DNA of 64,000 nt from an uncultured Gammaproteobacteria bacterium (GTDB taxonomy: Bacteria > Patescibacteriota > Microgenomatia > Daviesbacterales > UBA10151). Position 1 is the first letter of the stretch, and the number at the start of each line of letters is the position of its first letter. Shown piece after piece: positions 58,606-64,000 of this stretch. The stretch covers positions 2,177-66,176 of the forward strand of contig CAZFYQ010000002.1 of NCBI GenBank assembly GCA_964523905.1, in the 5' to 3' direction. Made by a program: the position numbers and the translations under genes. The notes beneath the pieces are model-generated. The model was not told the origin of the DNA. It ran no database searches and worked only from the letters and a program-made list of their open reading frames with translations.

Positions 58606-58691
58606 GTCATCCTGAGGACAAAGTCCGAAGGATCTCTCGCGAATGCGAGACTCAAACAAGTTGAGAGATTCTTCGCTTCGCTCAGAATGAC
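58606..58691. repeat. Palindromic dispersed repeat element, copy B (complete, 86 bp, 11-bp terminal inverted repeats gtcatcctgag/ctcagaatgac)
   Basis: Foldable as an outer 11-bp stem plus an inner 10-bp stem (cgaaggatct/agattcttcg) enclosing two hairpins (ctcgc-gaat-gcgag and ctcaa-acaag-ttgag). Confidence 0.65.
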
Positions 58692-58697
58692 ATAAAG

Positions 58698-59450
58698 ATG
58701 ATTATTATTGCAATCAAGACCAGAAAATTTTTACCGCCAAAAGATAATTTGGAGGATTTACTAAATAGTATTAAATCTATATCAGAGAACTCAGTGGTAG
58801 CAATAACTTCTAAAGTAGTATCGATTACAGAAGGCAGATGCATTCCCACTATGAATATGGCTGAAAAAGATTTGTTGGCAATAAAAGAGGCAGATAAATA
58901 TATTCCAAGAGAGGATTCTCCAAATGGTTTAGTTTTAACGACTATTAAAAATAATCTAATTGTGGCCTCTTCCGGAATTGATGAAAGCAATGCCAATGAT
59001 TTTTTAATTTTATGGCCGGAAGATCCATATGCCTCAGCTAAAAAAATCTGGCAATTATTAAAACAAAAATTTAATCTGAAAAATTTGGGAATTATTATTA
59101 CTGATTCCCGATTAGTGCCACTTCGCCGTGGAGTAGTGGGACTGGCTTTATCATTTTATGGTTTCAAACCCTTAAAAGATTATCGAGGTAAAAAAGATTT
59201 ATTTGGCCGGGAATTTAAAATGGAAACTACTAATTTACCGGATGCCTTGGCAACTGCAGCTGTTTTAGAAATGGGGGAAGGGGATGAAAGTAAGCCTTTG
59301 GCTGTGATTTCTGAATTAACAGATATTGAATTTATTCAGACAGATTACCAACCGGAAACTTTGGATGATACTTTTGAAATTCCAGAAAAAGAAGATATGT
59401 TTTATCCAATTTTTTCAAAGGCTAACTGGAAGAAGGGTGGATCTACTTAA
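58698..59450 (+). CDS. F420-0:gamma-glutamyl ligase (CofE)-like family protein
   Basis: The IIITDSR...GVVGLAL pattern resembles CofE-family proteins. Confidence 0.55.
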   Translation: MIIIAIKTRKFLPPKDNLEDLLNSIKSISENSVVAITSKVVSITEGRCIPTMNMAEKDLLAIKEADKYIPREDSPNGLVLTTIKNNLIVASSGIDESNANDFLILWPEDPYASAKKIWQLLKQKFNLKNLGIIITDSRLVPLRRGVVGLALSFYGFKPLKDYRGKKDLFGREFKMETTNLPDALATAAVLEMGEGDESKPLAVISELTDIEFIQTDYQPETLDDTFEIPEKEDMFYPIFSKANWKKGGST

Positions 59451-59495
59451 GTTTTAAAATTTTAGCTAACGCAGTTGGCCAAATGCTATCGACAC

Positions 59496-60770
59496 CTATC
59501 TAACCAACCACCCGTTAAATATAGTATTGGAGCTTTCTGTTGGACCTTGTTGATAAAATGGGGTCAACTGCTTTGTATCTAAACTAATTGTATAATAAGT
59601 GCCGGTATTTGTAATACCTTTTGTTTTATCAATAGGTATATTCCCTAAGGTTAATACCCCAACAAACAGATATTTACTATCTGGTGACCAGGCAGCAGTA
59701 TTGATGTCATTACCTGTAGGCTCTTCCAGTAAAACATCTGGCTTATTAGTTTTTAAATTGAAAAGATATAATTTTGAGCTATTTGGAGCTTCAACAAAAG
59801 AGAGATAATTATTATCTGTAGAGATACTGAAGTTTTGAGGATTTGTATTATTACCCATATCAAATAATTCTTTCTCAGTTCCGTTACTCAAATTAATCTC
59901 AACAATTTTTTGATTACTCATGGGCACCGAATAACCGTTTATGTTTGAGGAACCAATTGTTTGCTTGATGAGATAACCCTTTGAAAAATCAGATGTTAAT
60001 ACAGAAGGAATGTCCCCATTAGTAGATATTGTTTTTTGTTGACCATTAGATAAATCTATAGTTACTAGTTTTTGAGCAACATTATTCCCATTTTTTTCTG
60101 TGAGAATTCCATATATGATATTTTTATTAGCATCAAAGCCTAAGAGTTTAAATTTTAGGGAGGTTTGGCTTGGTACAGGAATGTTAATTTTTGTCTTAGT
60201 ATTATTACTACCATCCTTATTAACAATGTATAAGCTGTGTTTTGCCGATTTAAGAAAATTGTTAATATCACTGATTCCTAAAACTATATAGATAAATTTT
60301 TGGCTGTTGCTGGACCAAATAAAGTCATCAATTGCATCATAGGTAGTTGCTTGAAAAACTTTCCCTGGTTTTAAAATTTGCTGGCTACTAGATATTTCTA
60401 GATTTTTAGGAAATCCAATCCCTCCAGAAACGCCGCCGGAGAGTTTCGCCACATATTTTCCATCTGGTGAGGGAAGATAACCTACGGTACTGCTGGAACT
60501 AGCTTCTAAGGTAACTTTATTTAATCCTCCTTGTTCAGCCATATAAAAAGAAGGCCTAATAAATTGTCTATCTGAATAAATAATTTCATATTTGGGAGCG
60601 GGGGTTGGTAAAGGTAGGACCTTTGATCCGATTTGGTTAGGTAATACATTTTTATAAAAGATAAACCATCCTCCCAAAATTCCTAATATAATTATGATCC
60701 CCAAAATGATGGCTACTGAAGCAAAACCTTTTTCTTTATTCATTAATTTACTGTAATTGTTGCTGTACAA
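59496..60770 (-). CDS. Membrane-anchored periplasmic beta-propeller protein (TolB/PD40-like repeats)
   Basis: N-terminal TM helix and WSPDSKYL-type PD40 repeat signatures. Confidence 0.55.
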   Translation of the reverse strand: MYSNNYSKLMNKEKGFASVAIILGIIIILGILGGWFIFYKNVLPNQIGSKVLPLPTPAPKYEIIYSDRQFIRPSFYMAEQGGLNKVTLEASSSSTVGYLPSPDGKYVAKLSGGVSGGIGFPKNLEISSSQQILKPGKVFQATTYDAIDDFIWSSNSQKFIYIVLGISDINNFLKSAKHSLYIVNKDGSNNTKTKINIPVPSQTSLKFKLLGFDANKNIIYGILTEKNGNNVAQKLVTIDLSNGQQKTISTNGDIPSVLTSDFSKGYLIKQTIGSSNINGYSVPMSNQKIVEINLSNGTEKELFDMGNNTNPQNFSISTDNNYLSFVEAPNSSKLYLFNLKTNKPDVLLEEPTGNDINTAAWSPDSKYLFVGVLTLGNIPIDKTKGITNTGTYYTISLDTKQLTPFYQQGPTESSNTIFNGWLVR

Positions 60771-61426
60771 ACATCGGATTCCAAGCCAGCATGGGTTTGT
60801 AAATGCATTTTGGCAGTATAATTTCCGCTACTGGAAAAAGTATAGGGGGAGGGATGCTGGCTTGAAGTATCATAAGATGTATCCCAGTTGCCGTCACCAT
60901 TAAAATCCCATTGCACATTAGTTACATAATCGTTACCTCCATAACCGGTGTTATACCAGGAAGCTCCATAGACAAAGTTTACTGATAAAGGTGCAGGGCC
61001 ACTGGAAGGAGTAGTCTGTATTAGACAAACTACCTTAGGAGATGGAGTAGGGGTAGCAGTAGGAGGTGGTATAGGAGTGGAGGTAGGAATTGTAGTGGGA
61101 GCTGCTGTCTGGGGTCTGGTAGTAGGGGTTGGGGATAATTGTTGCGTACTTGTCGTGTTGGTGTTACTACTAGTGGGCTTGGTAGTTGGGGTGGGAGCTT
61201 TTGTTGGAATAATTGTTGTTGATTTAGGTGCAGCTGTTGCTGTCGGAGTTCTTGTGACAGATGTATTTGCATTACTACTAGCTAAGTTGGTATCGCCAGT
61301 GATAGGAGTAGGGTTTTTAGTATTTGATCCAAGTGTGATCCAGGCAATTGCGCTGCCAATAATCAGGAATGACCCGGCAGCCAAAAGTACAAGTATTATT
61401 GGAACAAAACCTTTTTGGGTAGGCAT
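60743..61426 (-). CDS. Membrane-anchored Thr/Pro-rich protein with C-terminal PKD domain
   Basis: TM helix, a TPTPT linker, and the PKD signature WDFNGDG. Confidence 0.65.
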   Translation of the reverse strand: MPTQKGFVPIILVLLAAGSFLIIGSAIAWITLGSNTKNPTPITGDTNLASSNANTSVTRTPTATAAPKSTTIIPTKAPTPTTKPTSSNTNTTSTQQLSPTPTTRPQTAAPTTIPTSTPIPPPTATPTPSPKVVCLIQTTPSSGPAPLSVNFVYGASWYNTGYGGNDYVTNVQWDFNGDGNWDTSYDTSSQHPSPYTFSSSGNYTAKMHLQTHAGLESDVCTATITVN

Positions 61427-61479
61427 TAATTAAATCTTAACACAAATTATTGAAGGGATTTGAAGAACTCTCTAACCGA

Positions 61480-62400
61480 TTAGGTTATAGTCTTTTGAAA
61501 AAAGTTTATGGTTTTTTTAAGGCCTTCTTCTAAATCAACTTCCGGGTTCCAGCCCAGTTCTTGTTTAATTTTGCCGGAGGAGGCAACTAAGGAGGGAACA
61601 TCCCCTTTTCTCTCACCCTTATCATCAATGGGAACTTCATATCCTAGTTCTTTAAATATCAGATGGACCAGGTCAATAACTTTAATACCGGTTTCAGTGC
61701 CAACATTATAAACATGATATCCGGTTAAATTTAAAGGTAAGACATGGGCTTTGGCTAAATCTTCAATATAAATAAAATCCCGGGTCTGCTCCCCCTTCCA
61801 AAACAAGGGGATAGGTTGTTTGTTTAAGGCCGCTTTAATTAAATTAGGAATAGCATGAGTTTCCGGGCTGTGCAATTCTCCTGGGCCATAAGGATTAAAG
61901 TAGCGCAAAATTATTACATCAAATCCATACAGATTATGGTAAAGCTTACAAAATTGCTCCATGTTTACTTTAGTTAAACCATAAGGGTTTTGCTGTTCAC
62001 CTAAAGCGTCATCTTCAGTAATTGGCAATTTGGTAGGGACTCCGTAAACACAGGCACTGGAAGAGAAAATGATTTTTTTAACACCGGTATTTTTCATTCC
62101 CTCCAGTAATTTAACAGTTCCTAAAATATTATTTTCTACAAAGGCCACCGGATTTTTTACTGACTCCCCTACCTCTATTAAAGAGGCCATGTGGATTACT
62201 GCCTCATGTCCTGGTAAAGATTCTTCCAGCTTTTTCTGGTCAAGTAAATCTCCAGAAATAAAAGTGGCCCTTGAGTCAACACTGTCCTGGTGGCCGTTTG
62301 AGAGGTTATCAAAAACCGTGACACTATGTCCGGCATCTAATAATAGTTTAGTAACATGGGAACCGATAAAGCCGGCTCCGCCAGTAACAAAAATCTTCAC
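61480..62400 (-). CDS. galE: NAD-dependent epimerase, UDP-glucose 4-epimerase family
   Basis: GGAGFIGSH Rossmann motif and a YxxxK catalytic pair. Confidence 0.8.
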   Translation of the reverse strand: MKIFVTGGAGFIGSHVTKLLLDAGHSVTVFDNLSNGHQDSVDSRATFISGDLLDQKKLEESLPGHEAVIHMASLIEVGESVKNPVAFVENNILGTVKLLEGMKNTGVKKIIFSSSACVYGVPTKLPITEDDALGEQQNPYGLTKVNMEQFCKLYHNLYGFDVIILRYFNPYGPGELHSPETHAIPNLIKAALNKQPIPLFWKGEQTRDFIYIEDLAKAHVLPLNLTGYHVYNVGTETGIKVIDLVHLIFKELGYEVPIDDKGERKGDVPSLVASSGKIKQELGWNPEVDLEEGLKKTINFFQKTIT

Positions 62401-62429
62401 AATAGAAATTTTAACACAAATACGTTAAA

Positions 62430-63965
62430 TTGAAGACTGTGAAAAACAAACTGATTTTTGGGATTTTAATTATTGGCATTGTATATCGCTTGTTTTTAAC
62501 TGCCAACGGTAATTTCCTATTCAATATGGATAATGCCAGGGATATGTTAGATGTTCGGGAGATGGTGGTCTTACACAAACTAAGACTTACCGGACCAACC
62601 TCGGCTATTACAGGATTATTTAATGGTCCGGCTTGGTATTATTTGTTGGCGGTCCCCTTTTTATTGTCTGGGGGTAGTCCATATGCTGAGATTTTAATGG
62701 AGATAATTCTTTGGGCAATTGGTGGATATTTTTTACTTAAATTAGTTAGCAAATGGGGAAGTTTACTGATTTTACCAATTGGAGGAGTGTGGATTGCTTC
62801 TAATTATATAACCTTAACTAATTTATACGCTTTTAATCCTAACCCGGTAACTTTACTAGCTCCTTTATTTATTTTTCTGTTACTTAAGTTTTTGGAAACA
62901 GGTAAATCATTATATGGAATCTCGGTTTGGTTTTTAGCAGGATTATTTTTTAACTTTGAAATGAATGCCGGAGTGTTTATGCCGGTAATTATTTTAGTCA
63001 GTATTATTCTGTCAAAGAATTTAAAACTTTTGAAACAAAAAACTTTCTGGGCTGGTTTAGCTGCTTTTGTTATTACTTTGTTGCCTCAGATTTTATTTGA
63101 TTTAAAGCATCAATTTCTGATGAGTAAAGCAGTTTTAGTTTTTTTACATGATGGAAATGGCGGAGGAAAATTTAATCCACTTCTTCGAATTCCAACAATT
63201 GCCGGGGATTTTTTTAATACTTTTATTCCAACATTAATGAACCATCAGACCTTGTCAGTAATTCTTTTACTGTTATTTTTGGTGGTCGTTTTAAAAAAGT
63301 GGAGACAGATTTTAGAAAAAGATTTACTAGTATTAATTTCTTTAATTTATATCTTGGTACCCTTTTTAGGTTATTTAATAATTCCGGTCACAGTTAACCC
63401 TTGGCATTTGGGAGGAGAAATGAGTGTTTCTCTAATTCTCTTAGGATATTTACTGGAAGAAATTTGGCATCTAAATTGGAGGGGAAAAATAGTGAGTGTG
63501 GTCCTGGGAATATTTTTAGTAATCTATGCCATCAGTAACGTAGTTCATTTCTTTGTCAGCGATTTTGGAAAACCCAGTGGTGACCCTTCTTTATACAGAA
63601 ATGAAACAGCTGCCATAGATTATGTATATCAAAAGGCTAATGGTAAAAACTTTAAGGTCTATACTTATCTTCCTTCAGTTTATGATTTTCCTTACCAATA
63701 TTTATTTTGGTGGTATGGTAAAAAAACATATGGATATATTCCCGGTGACTATGCTTATTCTCCTAATAAACCTCCGTATGTTGCTAGTCAAAGTCAGTTT
63801 TATGGGTCCCAGACTAATTATTCCGGACTGGTTTTTTTAATTAAAGAACCGGATCATAACTATACCCGCCCTGGTTGGGAAGGCGCTTTTGTAAAATTAC
63901 CTACAATTAGTACCCAAATGGTTGGCCCTATTGAAGTAGAAATCAGAAAAGAACACCCTCAATAG
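62430..63965 (+). CDS. Polytopic membrane glycosyltransferase-like protein, paralog of 57077..58549
   Basis: Shares an N-terminal pattern with the 57077 protein (D-rich loop, then RLxGxxTSAxGxFxGPxxYYxLxVPFxLL). Confidence 0.55.
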   Translation: MKTVKNKLIFGILIIGIVYRLFLTANGNFLFNMDNARDMLDVREMVVLHKLRLTGPTSAITGLFNGPAWYYLLAVPFLLSGGSPYAEILMEIILWAIGGYFLLKLVSKWGSLLILPIGGVWIASNYITLTNLYAFNPNPVTLLAPLFIFLLLKFLETGKSLYGISVWFLAGLFFNFEMNAGVFMPVIILVSIILSKNLKLLKQKTFWAGLAAFVITLLPQILFDLKHQFLMSKAVLVFLHDGNGGGKFNPLLRIPTIAGDFFNTFIPTLMNHQTLSVILLLLFLVVVLKKWRQILEKDLLVLISLIYILVPFLGYLIIPVTVNPWHLGGEMSVSLILLGYLLEEIWHLNWRGKIVSVVLGIFLVIYAISNVVHFFVSDFGKPSGDPSLYRNETAAIDYVYQKANGKNFKVYTYLPSVYDFPYQYLFWWYGKKTYGYIPGDYAYSPNKPPYVASQSQFYGSQTNYSGLVFLIKEPDHNYTRPGWEGAFVKLPTISTQMVGPIEVEIRKEHPQ

Positions 63966-64000
63966 TAATTTTTCTTTGATTATTTTCTAAAGATTCAAAG

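Noticed and set aside
58606-58691. RNase P CR-I-like (GAGGA.AAAGUCCG) and hammerhead CUGANGA-like strings in repeat copy B
   Set aside because: The element is only 86 nt and the surrounding helices do not reproduce either ribozyme's architecture. Treated as coincidental similarity inside a palindromic repeat.
1-64000. CRISPR arrays, rRNA genes, integrases/transposases and reverse transcriptases
   Set aside because: None found. No regularly spaced short direct repeats, no rRNA-like conserved stretches, and no tyrosine/serine recombinase, DDE or YxDD motifs in any listed ORF.

Overview
The window reads as a low-GC, gene-dense bacterial chromosome segment in the style of small-genome Candidate Phyla Radiation (Patescibacteria) genomes; that taxonomic placement is inference only. 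Most of it is housekeeping: a split transketolase, a P-loop glycerate-kinase-like protein, a PfkB sugar kinase, an FAD-linked oxidase, thioredoxin reductase, an L,D-transpeptidase, a D-alanyl-D-alanine carboxypeptidase, FtsK, cyclophilin, NrdR plus a class II B12-dependent ribonucleotide reductase carrying a LAGLIDADG intein, a corrinoid adenosyltransferase, Lon, an H+-pyrophosphatase, a histidine kinase and response regulator, tRNA-Glu, GreA, LysRS, SerRS, SecA, NnrD and GalE. There are also several large membrane, surface or low-complexity proteins typical of CPR genomes. The stretch worth most follow-up is a compositionally atypical accessory island at about 8.7-20.5 kb. It holds an operon for a roughly 1290-aa SNF2-helicase/SAM-methyltransferase fusion interrupted by a -1 frameshift at an A6 tract, with translationally coupled unknown 198-aa and 715-aa proteins and a divergent unknown protein of about 685 aa. 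Next to it are an Avd-like four-helix-bundle protein, a KilA-N protein, a DUF433/DUF5615 toxin-antitoxin-like pair flanked by 26-bp direct repeats, and a DUF4258 gene. I see no integrase or reverse transcriptase, so this could be an undescribed defence or anti-restriction module or a prophage remnant. Other oddities: the last 11 codons plus stop of nrdJ are repeated immediately downstream, synonymously recoded, and both copies sit in near-tandem hairpins. A small MITE-like palindromic repeat family (core gtcatyctgag/ctcagaatgac) occurs in three copies. The intein has a non-canonical C-terminus (..SRG before Cys instead of ..HN). Several -35/-10 promoters are recognisable, one apparently leaderless and one driving a 34-codon small ORF. 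No CRISPR array, rRNA or reverse transcriptase was seen.
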